From assembly GCA_965649215.1 (NCBI GenBank), contig CBFGJZ010000005.1:1-39872 (forward strand): a DNA stretch of 39,872 nt. The letters are read 5' to 3'. How positions within the stretch are numbered: the first letter of the stretch is position 1; every line of letters begins with the position of its first letter. The notes beneath the pieces were generated by a model that worked only from the letters and a program-made list of their open reading frames with translations, did no database searches and had not been told where the DNA came from. The translations under genes and the position numbers were made by a program. Origin of the DNA: a candidate division WOR-3 bacterium. Lineage in GTDB: Bacteria > Hydrothermota > Tepidihabitantia > Tepidihabitantales > CAIPLT01. Shown here piece after piece: positions 8,929 through 19,227 of this stretch.

Positions 8929-9987
8929 TTATTCTTCTTGTGGCGACCAAACTATTTTACCAGTTTTATCGATATATTTTGTAATTCCATTGATTCTTAC
9001 CTGAGCTAAGCCATTAACAAAGTCTGAAACTTCATCAAATTCGGCTTCAATTACCATTTTCCCTGTCTTATCAATATAGCCCCAACCATATCCAACTCTA
9101 ACAGCGGCCAATCCTTCGGAAAAATCATTAGCTTCCTCATATTGTGGTTCAACTACATATTGTCCTTGTTTGTTTATAAATCCAAAATAATCGTCAATCT
9201 TTACCCGAGCTAAACCATCATTAAAACCGTAAGCCTCGTCATAAGTGGTTTTTGTAATCAATTTACCTTGCTTATTGATATAACCCCATTTTGTATCATA
9301 TAAAGTACCGTCGAAATCACTAATTTTACCGCTTAAGCAAACCGCTGCAATACCATCCTTAAAACCCCTTGCCGATACAAATTGCGATCTAATAATCATC
9401 TTACCATTCTTATCAATATAACCATATTTGCCGCCTATTTTTACTGGTGCCAGTCCTTCAGAAAAACTTCCGGCACCGGGGTATTTAGTTTCAATAATCA
9501 ATTTACCAGTTTTGTCAATAAATCCATAATCCATATATTCTATCCAACCCTCACCAACTAATGCTAACCCTTCACTAAAATCTCCTGCATAATCAAATTG
9601 ACTATCGATGACAAGTTTACCTGTCTTATCAATAAAACCCCATTTACCTTCGTCCCATTCTCCAAATAACACTGCTGCCAAACCTTCGCTAAAATTCCCT
9701 ACTTGATCAAATTGACTATCAATAACAAGTTTACCTGTTTTATCAATAAAACCCCATTTCCCTAAGCCCCATTCACCAAATGACACAGCGGCTAAACCTT
9801 CAGAAAAATAGCGAGCGCTGCTGAATTGGGGTTTGATAACAATCTGACCCGTATTGTCGATATAACCATATTTTCCGTCAATTGATGCTGGATATAATAA
9901 GATGCTTTCTTGGATGTCTTCAGCAAAACCATTAGTAAAGATGAAAAGGCTTAAAATAAGTATACATCCTAATTTAATTTTTAACAT
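8929..9987 (-). CDS. secreted WG-repeat protein
   Basis: Signal peptide; repeated FSEGLA.V...GK(W/Y)G(F/Y)IDKTG; SD GGAG. Confidence 0.9.
   Translation of the reverse strand: MLKIKLGCILILSLFIFTNGFAEDIQESILLYPASIDGKYGYIDNTGQIVIKPQFSSARYFSEGLAAVSFGEWGLGKWGFIDKTGKLVIDSQFDQVGNFSEGLAAVLFGEWDEGKWGFIDKTGKLVIDSQFDYAGDFSEGLALVGEGWIEYMDYGFIDKTGKLIIETKYPGAGSFSEGLAPVKIGGKYGYIDKNGKMIIRSQFVSARGFKDGIAAVCLSGKISDFDGTLYDTKWGYINKQGKLITKTTYDEAYGFNDGLARVKIDDYFGFINKQGQYVVEPQYEEANDFSEGLAAVRVGYGWGYIDKTGKMVIEAEFDEVSDFVNGLAQVRINGITKYIDKTGKIVWSPQEE
9592..9810. repeat. intragenic tandem duplication, 114-nt period
   Basis: Units start ATCAAATTGACTATC at 9592 and 9706; both encode GKWGFIDKTGKLVIDSQFD. Confidence 0.8.
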
Positions 9988-10012
9988 AACCTACTCCTTT
10001 ATTTTTTAAAAA

Positions 10013-11539
10013 TCATTGTTGTTGCCAAACTACTCTGCCTGTCTTATCAATATAGGCTTCTTTACCATTTAGTTCAACTTTTGCCAAACCATTTTTGAAG
10101 GATTCTGCATATTCAAAAATCGGTTCTACCAAGTAGGAGCCATCGCGTCGGATAAATCCGTATCGATAATTAAGTTTTACTAATGCGATATCGTCAACGA
10201 AAGCACCTATTAGTTCATATTTTTTAGCGACCACATAATTGCCATTCTTATCAATCAATCCATACTTAATAACAGTGGTATCAAATATAGTGTTCGTAAA
10301 TATAACAGTGAATGGATTGTCATAATCTTTTGTGGTATCACCTTTAATATCCCCAACTTGAGCCAGACCATCTTGAAATTCTCGGGCAAGTTGAAACTGT
10401 ACTGGAATGACGATCTTACCAGTTTTATCAATATATCCATAACGGCGGCCAATGCGGATCCGGGCCAATCCATTAGAAAATGCACTCGCATCTTCAACAT
10501 TAGAAGGCAGGGAAAACACAATGTTCCCTTTCTTATCAATATAGGAATAACCCTGAGCACCTTTTGTTTTCACTCGTGCTAATCCTTCGGAAAAATACTG
10601 CGCCTTTGAAAATTGTGGTTTAATAACAATATTGCCATTCATGTCCAGATAACCATAATTATCATCTTTCCGAAAATTTGCAAGACTTTCACTAAAAGCA
10701 CCAATGAAGTCATATTCAGGTTTGACTACCCATTTGTTATTAGTATTGATAATACCCCATTTACCATTTTTCATAACTCGCGCCAAACCATTTTGAAAAC
10801 TATACACATCATCATAAATACAATCAATCACTAACTTACCAGTTTGGTCAATAAAGCCGTATTTAATCGTATCTCCCTTAATCTTTTTACCAACAAAAGC
10901 TAAACCATTATTAAAGATTTTATTGTCTACTGCTAAATCATCATCAAAATAATAATCCGCTAGGTCAGAAAAAAATCCTTTACTAGCAATATGGTTATAT
11001 GTTTTAGCCGGAACAATAACAGTACCTTGCTTATTAATCAAGCCATACTCATAATCGTCGCCCGTGAATATTTTTGAGAAGTCAGCCAATAATGCAGAAA
11101 TACCTTTATTATCCTTTTCTCCTTCCTCAAAATACTTTACTTTAGCAAAACCATCTTTAAAATCGTTGGCTTTTTCGTACTGACATTGGATCACTATTTT
11201 ACCCGCAGTATCAATATAACCCCAAGATATATAATATTTAATAGCTGCCAGGCCTTCGGAAAAATCATTAGCATCTTTAAATTTTGGTGGAATTACAACT
11301 TCACCCGAATCATTAATAAACCCATACTCGCCTTTAGCGTTTTTAATACGAAAGCGATTCGGTTTTTTCACGGAAAAATCATAACCGCGCGCTTTTAGAA
11401 TTTCCTGAATTCGGGGTGACGGAGTTGAAGGAACTTCAGAAGGCGGAGTTGCGCCCGTGGGCAAGCGTCTTTTTCCTTCAGTAGCGAAGCTAATACTTAA
11501 TAAACATATTGCGAAAAAAATTAACACATACTTTTTCAT
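10013..11539 (-). CDS. secreted WG-repeat protein
   Basis: Signal peptide, Pro-rich linker, many F.(E/N/D)GLA/YG(Y/F)ID repeats; SD AAGGAG. Confidence 0.9.
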   Translation of the reverse strand: MKKYVLIFFAICLLSISFATEGKRRLPTGATPPSEVPSTPSPRIQEILKARGYDFSVKKPNRFRIKNAKGEYGFINDSGEVVIPPKFKDANDFSEGLAAIKYYISWGYIDTAGKIVIQCQYEKANDFKDGFAKVKYFEEGEKDNKGISALLADFSKIFTGDDYEYGLINKQGTVIVPAKTYNHIASKGFFSDLADYYFDDDLAVDNKIFNNGLAFVGKKIKGDTIKYGFIDQTGKLVIDCIYDDVYSFQNGLARVMKNGKWGIINTNNKWVVKPEYDFIGAFSESLANFRKDDNYGYLDMNGNIVIKPQFSKAQYFSEGLARVKTKGAQGYSYIDKKGNIVFSLPSNVEDASAFSNGLARIRIGRRYGYIDKTGKIVIPVQFQLAREFQDGLAQVGDIKGDTTKDYDNPFTVIFTNTIFDTTVIKYGLIDKNGNYVVAKKYELIGAFVDDIALVKLNYRYGFIRRDGSYLVEPIFEYAESFKNGLAKVELNGKEAYIDKTGRVVWQQQ

Positions 11540-11598
11540 CTCTTACTCCTTTCCGTCATTTTAATCGCAATAATTTATAAATACCAATTTTTGTCTTA

Positions 11599-11682
11599 AT
11601 TTTAGAAAAAAAAAGTTTATTGTCAAGTTTCTTAAAAATTAATATAAAGACTTGACTTATCCTAAAATTAATATTTTAATCT
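11599..11682. promoter_or_regulatory. back-to-back divergent sigma70 promoters (WG operon / CapA protein)
   Basis: Minus: TTGACA (11626-11621), 16 nt, TAAAAT. Plus: TTGACT (11652-11657) with a less clear -10. Confidence 0.6.
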
Positions 11683-11689
11683 TTTACTC

Positions 11690-14638
11690 GTGAAAAAAAT
11701 ACTAATAATACTGTCTTTACTTTTCGCTATTCTCAGTGCACAAAATCGTTACCAAACCATTGAAAACTTTGACAGCGGCGCAGTCCGACTATACTCTTAT
11801 CCCAATCAAGACCTACAACCAAGTCACTGGTGTTTTGATTCACTTAAAACTTATAATCATTCTCGATTCTCACTCAAAATCTATGGCAATACTTGGAAAA
11901 TCGAAAGTATTCCATCCCGCATATTAGATACTAATTGTGTTTGGCAAGTTGCTTGTTATATTGAAGAACTCGGTGAAATTCAGGGTTTTGGTTTAATGGA
12001 TTCGGACCACGTCCTTTTCTATGCTTTTGCTGGTAGTGAACAATTGAATATTCAAGAATGGATTACGGTCTATCAGGGTGCGTTCAGTCAAGATAGTTGG
12101 CATCTTTATTCCATACCTGTTGGTCAAGATTGGCTCAATTATTTTGGTTATTTACCAATTATTAAAGCAATTGTTTTTATCAATGACCGTGATTTTGACA
12201 GCATTGCAGTTGTCTATTTTGACCAGATTATTGACATTACCGAAGATCTTCCGATTGCACCCCAAGTTTTTATCTGGGATTCCATTATTAGTGCTTATAA
12301 AGATACTTATAATCGTAAAAATGTTACGGTGCAATTTTATAGCTTAATCATTGACCCTGATTCAGATGAACATCAATACTATTGGTCATTTGGAGATGGT
12401 GAAACATCTACTGATTCAAATCCAATTCATACTTATTTTATTACCGATGACCATCCTTATACTGTCTTATTACAAGTCAGAGATACTACCAACTTATGGG
12501 GACGAGCAACTTGTCAAATCCAAATTGACAGTGGTCAGACATCATTTCCCATTACTCTAAGTATTGTTGGCGATATTATGCTCGGTCGGCGTTATGAAGG
12601 GACCAATGGTATTATCAATACCTATGGTGTTGAGACCATCTTTTCCCCAACTCGTCATTATTTACATAATTCTCATATTAGTATTGCTAATCTTGAATGT
12701 CCTTTAACTGACCAAGGCAGTCCCCATCCAACAAAACCAATCCTCTTTCGCACACGGCCCCAAAATATTCAAGGACTTGTTTATGCTGGTATTGATTTAG
12801 TCAGCTTAGCAAACAATCACATTCTTGATTATGGTCTTGTTGGCATTAATCAAACCCAACGAGTCTTAGATTCAGTGAATATTCGTCATTGCGGCGCTGG
12901 CGCAAATTCTTACCAAGCCGGTCTTCCTGTCTTTATTAACAAAGCAGGGGTTAATCTTGGTTTTTTAGCATACAGTGATCGAACTGGTCAATATAATAAT
13001 TATCAACCGTATCTAAATGCCGGTTATAATAAAGCAGGTTTTGCTTTACTTGATACTTTTAATCTCAGATCAGATATTAATAGTATCCGTAATAATGCTG
13101 ATTTGATCGTTGTCCAAATGCATTCAGGTAGTGAATATTCATTAGCACCCCAACCAAAAAATAATAATGAAGATGAGTTTTATGATGCTTGCTTACTAGT
13201 CCCTTGTAGTAGTGATATTAAAGTTCGCCATTTTGCAATTGAACATGGTGCTGATTTAGTTATCAATCACCATCCCCATATCATCCAAGGTTTTGAAGTC
13301 TATCAAGGTAAACTCATTGCTCATTCATTGGGTAATTTTGTCTTTGATTTAGATTACCCTGAAACCTATGCCACTATTATACTTAATGTTAAAATCAATC
13401 GTCACGGATTTTATGAATATTCAGTAATTCCTGTTTATATTGATAACTACATTCCTCGCCGTGCCAGTGGTGCATTAGGCATAGCAATCTTAAGATACTT
13501 ATCCCAAAAGAGCAAAGAATTTAATACTTATCTCTTACTCGATTATGACTCAATAATTGGCACAATAATCTTAGATACCATCGCACTAAATCCATTTGTC
13601 ACATCATACACCCAACCTGTGAACTTAACCTTACAAAATTATTACTGGCAATCCCCACCACTTTCAATAAACGAATCAGGATTTTTCTCTGCTCTCACGA
13701 ACATAGAACCATCTCGAAACTGGCAAGTACGATTAGGTAAAGATTTAACTTGGTTTTGGTATGGCAACTTTGAAGACGAAGGCTCTAATAATTGGCTGTT
13801 TGATAATCCTAATGAGTTTTATGACACAATCGCCTATCAAGGACACCGCTCTTTATGCCAACGCAGACCACCTTTATCTGGAAGTTTAGTCACTAATCTT
13901 AAAAACTATATTATCTGTTATCAGGACACTACCCAATACACACTCAGTGCATATTTAAAAACTGAAAACACTAATCAAACCACTCTCTTGGTTAAGTGTT
14001 ATGCTTCTCGCACTGTCAACACGCCCCTGGCAACAATTAGTTTAGATACCCTGACTGGTACCCATAATTGGCAACTCTTGTATAAAGCCTTTATACCGCC
14101 GGCTGGTACGAAATTTTTTGATATCCACTTGCGAAGTACTGCCCATCAAACGCTAACTGCTCGCAGTTGGTTTGATAATATCTCATTAATTCAATGGGAA
14201 AACTGGCAACCATTAGCAAATTTAACTGATATTCCAATTCCTAATGATTATACTTATCTCCAAATCCGTACTAATCAGATTACCCCAACTGCAACTGTTA
14301 ATTATCAGACTACAAACTATCGTATTACTCAAACCATTGTAGAAAACTCAAACCCGCCACCCCCTAAATTATACTTAACTATCTATCCAATTCCTGCCGT
14401 AAATTATCTCAATATTCAATATCATCTTGATCAAATTCATCCTGTCGAAATAAAAATCTATAACAGTTTAGGTCAAATTATTAAAACATTAAGTAATACT
14501 CATCAGTCTATTGGTCTCAACAATCTAATTTGGGATAGAAAAGATAATTATAATCAGCCCGTGCCAAATGGTATCTATTTTGTAAAATTAAAAACTAATA
14601 AAGCACAACAAACTCAAAAAATCATTTTAAACAACTAA
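11690..14638 (+). CDS. secreted CapA-family metallophosphatase-like protein with PKD domain and FlgD/T9SS-CTD-like tail
   Basis: Signal peptide; WSFGDG..NPIHTY (PKD); GDIMLGR, NLECP, SLANNH, HHPH, SLGNFVFD (CapA); IYPIP..IWD..GIYF tail. Confidence 0.88.
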   Translation: MKKILIILSLLFAILSAQNRYQTIENFDSGAVRLYSYPNQDLQPSHWCFDSLKTYNHSRFSLKIYGNTWKIESIPSRILDTNCVWQVACYIEELGEIQGFGLMDSDHVLFYAFAGSEQLNIQEWITVYQGAFSQDSWHLYSIPVGQDWLNYFGYLPIIKAIVFINDRDFDSIAVVYFDQIIDITEDLPIAPQVFIWDSIISAYKDTYNRKNVTVQFYSLIIDPDSDEHQYYWSFGDGETSTDSNPIHTYFITDDHPYTVLLQVRDTTNLWGRATCQIQIDSGQTSFPITLSIVGDIMLGRRYEGTNGIINTYGVETIFSPTRHYLHNSHISIANLECPLTDQGSPHPTKPILFRTRPQNIQGLVYAGIDLVSLANNHILDYGLVGINQTQRVLDSVNIRHCGAGANSYQAGLPVFINKAGVNLGFLAYSDRTGQYNNYQPYLNAGYNKAGFALLDTFNLRSDINSIRNNADLIVVQMHSGSEYSLAPQPKNNNEDEFYDACLLVPCSSDIKVRHFAIEHGADLVINHHPHIIQGFEVYQGKLIAHSLGNFVFDLDYPETYATIILNVKINRHGFYEYSVIPVYIDNYIPRRASGALGIAILRYLSQKSKEFNTYLLLDYDSIIGTIILDTIALNPFVTSYTQPVNLTLQNYYWQSPPLSINESGFFSALTNIEPSRNWQVRLGKDLTWFWYGNFEDEGSNNWLFDNPNEFYDTIAYQGHRSLCQRRPPLSGSLVTNLKNYIICYQDTTQYTLSAYLKTENTNQTTLLVKCYASRTVNTPLATISLDTLTGTHNWQLLYKAFIPPAGTKFFDIHLRSTAHQTLTARSWFDNISLIQWENWQPLANLTDIPIPNDYTYLQIRTNQITPTATVNYQTTNYRITQTIVENSNPPPPKLYLTIYPIPAVNYLNIQYHLDQIHPVEIKIYNSLGQIIKTLSNTHQSIGLNNLIWDRKDNYNQPVPNGIYFVKLKTNKAQQTQKIILNN

Positions 14639-14816
14639 CAATTTCACTACTTATATCGAATAGAATTATAAAATAGAATTATTGTTCAAGAATCATACTG
14701 CCTACCCCATCGCCCCATCCCTCTCAAAATAGGATATTAGAGATTAAAAAATACTCATAATATTAAGTAAAAATATCTTGTTGTATAAATGACCTCTTGG
14801 GTTAGTAAGCCACCTC

Positions 14817-15407
14817 TTATTCTCCATTTAATTTAATAAAATTATTGCCATCCCATACATATTTAGCAATGGTCCACTCACGGAAATGTTTAATTTCAAT
14901 ATAATTAGGTTTCACAATAACTGGACTGTTCGACCATCCTGCTTCTTTATCTTGCAACAAACATTCCATTTGTAATCCTCGGGCTGTATTAATCACATCA
15001 TAAACATAAAATTCATTGCCGTGAGCTGGAGATTTTTCAATGCTGACTAATAGAAGCGGTTTTTCATCCGTTGTGAGATAAGCCGGTGTAAGTTCAACAA
15101 AAATCTCAATGTCATCTGATGATAGGGCATATTCATCGTCAATCAAACAAACTTGACATTCACTTTTATGAGCACTCACTTCTAATGCCCAATAGGTTTG
15201 GGAAAAATAAATCCGCACCGTATCTTTTTTGCCATCACCATCTAAATCCCATAAATAAGTATAATTTGAATCTAACTCAAATCTTATCGGATTAATTTCA
15301 CCAAAATAGTCTCTGCCTTTTATATTTTGTGCGTAGCTATTGTTCGGTATAATAAGAACAATTAAAAAGATTGAATACAAGATAAATATTTTATTATTAA
15401 CCTTCAT
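14817..15407 (-). CDS. secreted hypothetical protein with DxDGDG Ca-binding-like motif
   Basis: SD GGAGG, signal peptide, DLDGDGKKD. Confidence 0.75.
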   Translation of the reverse strand: MKVNNKIFILYSIFLIVLIIPNNSYAQNIKGRDYFGEINPIRFELDSNYTYLWDLDGDGKKDTVRIYFSQTYWALEVSAHKSECQVCLIDDEYALSSDDIEIFVELTPAYLTTDEKPLLLVSIEKSPAHGNEFYVYDVINTARGLQMECLLQDKEAGWSNSPVIVKPNYIEIKHFREWTIAKYVWDGNNFIKLNGE

Positions 15408-15455
15408 AGATTTTACCTCCGATCTAATGAATAAAATTAAAGCATCTTAAATCTT

Positions 15456-16421
15456 TTAGACATGAAACTCAATAATATCTCTATCTTTGAGAACATAATT
15501 ACGATCCACCCTTTGCCCGTTATATCTATCATTATCCCAAAGTCGAGCATATTGCAATCGTGCTGCAAAATCCTTATGTAGAACTTCTGCAGCATCTAAA
15601 ACTGTACTACCTTTTTTTAAGATAACAGGATCAGTCAAGTCGGGTGGTTTGCCTTGAGGTTTCGTATAGACCCGTATTACATCTAAACTTAAAAAGATTT
15701 CTCGTTTTAGTGTTTCTAAACCAATCTTATGTTCTGCCGAAATCTCAATGATCGGCTTATCGCCTAAAAGTTCTCTTAAAATTTCCATCCCCAAGCGGGC
15801 GTTAGTTTCATCGATTTTATTTGCGACAATCAACATCTTTTTATTTTGATCGGCATTAGGATTTTCTTCACTCGGATACAGATTCGCAGCCTTTAATTTA
15901 TTCAACACCAATTCGGTTGATTCGAGCAAATCATCAGCAGACACATCAATAATCCAGACCATCGCATCGGCAGTACGTAAAATATGAAACAACCATGGTG
16001 GACTATCATCAGTAATTGGTGGTGTATCAATTAATTGGATCTGAATATCTTCATATAAGAGCATACCGGTTAGCGGAATTGTGGTTGTAAACGGATATGG
16101 AGCGATTTCAGTCTGACAACCCGTCAGTATTTTCACAATTGAAGATTTGCCAACATTCGCACTCCCGAAAATTGCAACTTGTCCGGCTCCTTGCTTTTCA
16201 AAATGATACCAAACTGCTCGGTGCGTTGCCGATTTCTTATCTTTCTGTTTCATTAACTTAGACAACCGTGCTTTAATATCTGCTCGCATTTTCTCGGTCC
16301 CCTTGTGTTTAGGAATTAAAGCCATCATCTCTTGTAAACAGGCAATCTTTTCTTCTCGGGTTTTGGCTTGCTTATAGCGTTTATCAGCTTCTAAGTATTG
16401 TGGTGTCAGATTTGCCGGCAT
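15456..16421 (-). CDS. DRG/Rbg-like OBG-family GTPase with TGS domain
   Basis: PKHKGTEK, GSANVGKS, YPFTT, NKID, IRVYTKPQGK and LHKDF (TGS). Confidence 0.9.
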   Translation of the reverse strand: MPANLTPQYLEADKRYKQAKTREEKIACLQEMMALIPKHKGTEKMRADIKARLSKLMKQKDKKSATHRAVWYHFEKQGAGQVAIFGSANVGKSSIVKILTGCQTEIAPYPFTTTIPLTGMLLYEDIQIQLIDTPPITDDSPPWLFHILRTADAMVWIIDVSADDLLESTELVLNKLKAANLYPSEENPNADQNKKMLIVANKIDETNARLGMEILRELLGDKPIIEISAEHKIGLETLKREIFLSLDVIRVYTKPQGKPPDLTDPVILKKGSTVLDAAEVLHKDFAARLQYARLWDNDRYNGQRVDRNYVLKDRDIIEFHV

Positions 16422-16427
16422 ATAATA

Positions 16428-16514
16428 ATTTTTACTAACATTATTTTAATTGTCAAGTTAAGAATATAAAAAATCTTTACTAATATTGACTATCTAACTA
16501 ATCTTAAGTAAAAT
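16428..16514. promoter_or_regulatory. back-to-back divergent promoters (GTPase / HD-gatCAB operon)
   Basis: Minus: TTGACA (16456-16451), 17 nt, AAAAAT. Plus: TTGACT (16486-16491), 17 nt, TAAAAT. Confidence 0.65.
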
Positions 16515-16522
16515 AAAAACTT

Positions 16523-17185
16523 ATGGCAGTAGACTTAAAAACGATTATGAAAGATGCTGAAGTGCAAGCATATATCATTCAGGCGGACCGTTATTTAGCG
16601 ATGATTGGTTACACTGAACACGGCTCTCGGCATGCCCGTCTCATTGCTAAAAATGCCCGTAATATTTTATTAGAATTAGGTTATCAGGAACGAATTGCCG
16701 AACTTGCGGCGATTGCAGGCTATCTTCACGATATCGGTAATGTTGTCTGTCGGGAACGCCATGAGCAGACCAGCGCTTTAATTGCCCGAGATATCCTATC
16801 CCGCTTAAAGATGCCACCCGATGAAATTGCCGAAGTCATCAGCGCGTTAGGTAATCATCACGAAGAAAATGGCAATCCGGTCTCAGAAATTTCTGCAGCA
16901 TTAATATTAGCTGACAAGTCGGATGTTCATCAAAGCCGGGTCCGCAATCCTGAATTCATTAAATTTGATATTCATGACCGTGTCAATTTTGCAGTCAAAA
17001 AATCAACTCTAACAGTAAATCGTAAAGAACGCAAAATTATTTTTGATTTAACGATTGACACTTCAATTGCGCCGGTGATGGATTACTTTGAAATCTTTCT
17101 CTCTCGAATGATAATTTCACGTCGTGCGGCTGACTTTTTACGATGTAAATTTGAGTTGGTCATTAATAACACTCGCCTTATCTAA
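16523..17185 (+). CDS. HD-domain phosphohydrolase
   Basis: GYTEH, YLHDIGN, LILADKSDVH, DIHDRVN. Confidence 0.9.
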   Translation: MAVDLKTIMKDAEVQAYIIQADRYLAMIGYTEHGSRHARLIAKNARNILLELGYQERIAELAAIAGYLHDIGNVVCRERHEQTSALIARDILSRLKMPPDEIAEVISALGNHHEENGNPVSEISAALILADKSDVHQSRVRNPEFIKFDIHDRVNFAVKKSTLTVNRKERKIIFDLTIDTSIAPVMDYFEIFLSRMIISRRAADFLRCKFELVINNTRLI

Positions 17186-17186
17186 T

Positions 17187-17504
17187 ATGGCTGAAAACTC
17201 CAACTCAACACCGTCGTCAAATCTTAACGATAATGAGAACCTTGAAAAGAAGGAAAAACTCATCAAACGTTTTGATTTTATGGGCATTGGTGAAATGATT
17301 GCATTTTTACGCAATCCCTTTAAAGTCTTTTTTATTAATTTATTAGCAGGTATTGGTCGTGGTTTAGGTTTTGCGATTGGCTTTATGATCTTAACCGCAA
17401 TTTTAGTTTTGTTATTAAAACGAGCAGTATCTGTACCTGTGATTGGTGGTTATATCTCGCGCATCTTAGAATTTATTGAAACCCAACGCCAAATGTATCG
17501 CTAA
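17187..17504 (+). CDS. small membrane protein, DUF5665-like
   Basis: INLLAGIGRGLGFAIG..VPVIG; ATG 1 nt after upstream stop. Confidence 0.75.
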   Translation: MAENSNSTPSSNLNDNENLEKKEKLIKRFDFMGIGEMIAFLRNPFKVFFINLLAGIGRGLGFAIGFMILTAILVLLLKRAVSVPVIGGYISRILEFIETQRQMYR

Positions 17505-17506
17505 TT

Positions 17507-17791
17507 ATGGCCGAACCGATAACTGAAGCTGTCTTACGCAAAGTTGCACGGCTTGCCCGACTTGGCTTAAGTGAAAGTGAACTCGCCAGTATTACCAAAG
17601 ACATTGAAAAGATTATTGCCTATTTTGAACAGATTCAAAAACTCAATACTGAAAATATTAAACCCATGACCCATGCAGTGGCAATCCAACTTGAACTTCG
17701 TAGCGACACTATTGAGCAATTTCCCAATCTCATCGCCAAACTGCCATATCAAAAACATCAACATATTTATGTCCCGATTGTTTTAGAATGA
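17507..17791 (+). CDS. gatC: Asp/Glu-tRNA amidotransferase subunit C
   Basis: VARLARL, LRSD, VPIVLE; precedes gatA with ATGA overlap. Confidence 0.9.
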   Translation: MAEPITEAVLRKVARLARLGLSESELASITKDIEKIIAYFEQIQKLNTENIKPMTHAVAIQLELRSDTIEQFPNLIAKLPYQKHQHIYVPIVLE

Positions 17792-19227
17792 AAAGCGTTG
17801 ATTTAAGTCAGGCTAACATCTTACAAATCCATCACCAATTAAAAAAACAAGAGATCACTTTTACTGATTTAATCAATGCGGTCTTTGAAAAAATCAAACA
17901 ACACGACCATCAGATAAAAGCCTATATCTCACTCTTTGAACAAGAAGCAATTACTCAAGCTAAAAACCTTGAGAAAAACATTACCGATTATGAAAATCTA
18001 CCGATTTTAACAGGCATTCCCTTCGCTATAAAAGATAATATCTGTGTTCAAGATAAACTTACTACTTGTGGCTCAAATATCTTAAATAACTTCATTAGCC
18101 CTTACGATGCAACTGCAGTTAAACGATTAAAAGAAGCCGGTGTCATTATCATCGGTAAGACCAATCTTGATGAATTTGGTATGGGTTCGTCTAATGAGAC
18201 ATCATATTATGGCGCAGTCCGAAATCCCCTTAATCCTGAATATGTACCTGGTGGTTCAAGTGGAGGTTCAGCAGCCGCTATTTCTTATGGTGGGGCATTG
18301 GGTGCTTTAGGTACTGACACCGGTGGTTCGGTACGATTGCCTGCTGCATTTTGTGGTGTTGTCGGCTTAAAACCCACTTACGGACGAGTCTCTCGTTATG
18401 GATTAGTCGCGTTTGCCTCTTCTTTAGATTGTATTGGAGTAATTGCCAAAACTACCCAAGATGTCGCAATAATTCTATCAACGATTAGTGGTTATGACCA
18501 ATATGATGCAACCTCGGTTAAACACTCAATCAATATTCAATTACCTAATCCAACTGCTGTTAAAGATTATACAATCGGTATCCCCAAAGAATATTTTACG
18601 AGCGGCTTAGATAATCAAATTGCCAAAGTAATTGAACAAACTATTGCTGAACTTACTAAGGATTGTAAAGCAATTAAACAAATCTCTTTGCCACATACTC
18701 AATACACAATTGCGACTTATTATCTCATCTGTACCGCTGAAGCATCATCAAATTTAGCACGCTATGATGGTGTTAAATATGGCTTGCGGGTTGCTTCCAA
18801 ATCGCTTCAAGAAATGTATGAAAAAACTCGCGACGTCGGTTTTGGAAGCGAAGTTAAACGACGAATCTTACTTGGTACTTATGGCTTATCCAAAGGCTAT
18901 TATGAAGAATACTATGGTACCGCTCAAAAAGTCCGCACCTTAATCAAACAAGATTTTGACCATGCCTTTGAGAGTTGCGATATCATTCTTACTCCTACGA
19001 CTCCAACTCTGCCTTTTAAATTGGGTGAAAAAATCACTGATCCACTACAAATGTATCTCTCGGATGTCTTCACTACTTCCATTAGTTTAGCCGGCCTGCC
19101 GGCAATTTCTATTCCTGCGCCAATGAAAATCAATAACTTTCCAGTCGGTATTCAACTCATCAGCAAACCATTTCAAGAACAGCACATCATCAATTGTGCA
19201 GAAGCGATTGAACAACTCGCGAAATGA
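17788..19227 (+). CDS. gatA: Asp/Glu-tRNA amidotransferase subunit A
   Basis: KDN, GKTNLDEFGMGS, PGGSSGGS, DTGGSVR, SSNLARYDG. Confidence 0.97.
   Translation: MKSVDLSQANILQIHHQLKKQEITFTDLINAVFEKIKQHDHQIKAYISLFEQEAITQAKNLEKNITDYENLPILTGIPFAIKDNICVQDKLTTCGSNILNNFISPYDATAVKRLKEAGVIIIGKTNLDEFGMGSSNETSYYGAVRNPLNPEYVPGGSSGGSAAAISYGGALGALGTDTGGSVRLPAAFCGVVGLKPTYGRVSRYGLVAFASSLDCIGVIAKTTQDVAIILSTISGYDQYDATSVKHSINIQLPNPTAVKDYTIGIPKEYFTSGLDNQIAKVIEQTIAELTKDCKAIKQISLPHTQYTIATYYLICTAEASSNLARYDGVKYGLRVASKSLQEMYEKTRDVGFGSEVKRRILLGTYGLSKGYYEEYYGTAQKVRTLIKQDFDHAFESCDIILTPTTPTLPFKLGEKITDPLQMYLSDVFTTSISLAGLPAISIPAPMKINNFPVGIQLISKPFQEQHIINCAEAIEQLAK

Noticed and set aside
9592..9810. DGR template/variable repeat pair in the WG gene
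   Set aside because: Units are tandem, in frame and differ mostly at silent sites; no reverse transcriptase in the window
14640..14816. Short direct repeats (AATAGAATTAT x2, CCCCATC x2) in a convergent spacer
   Set aside because: Too short and too few to separate from chance; not CRISPR-like
17124..17186. Upstream start of the DUF5665-like ORF in the track
   Set aside because: Overlaps the HD gene; ATG 17187 is coupled to its stop
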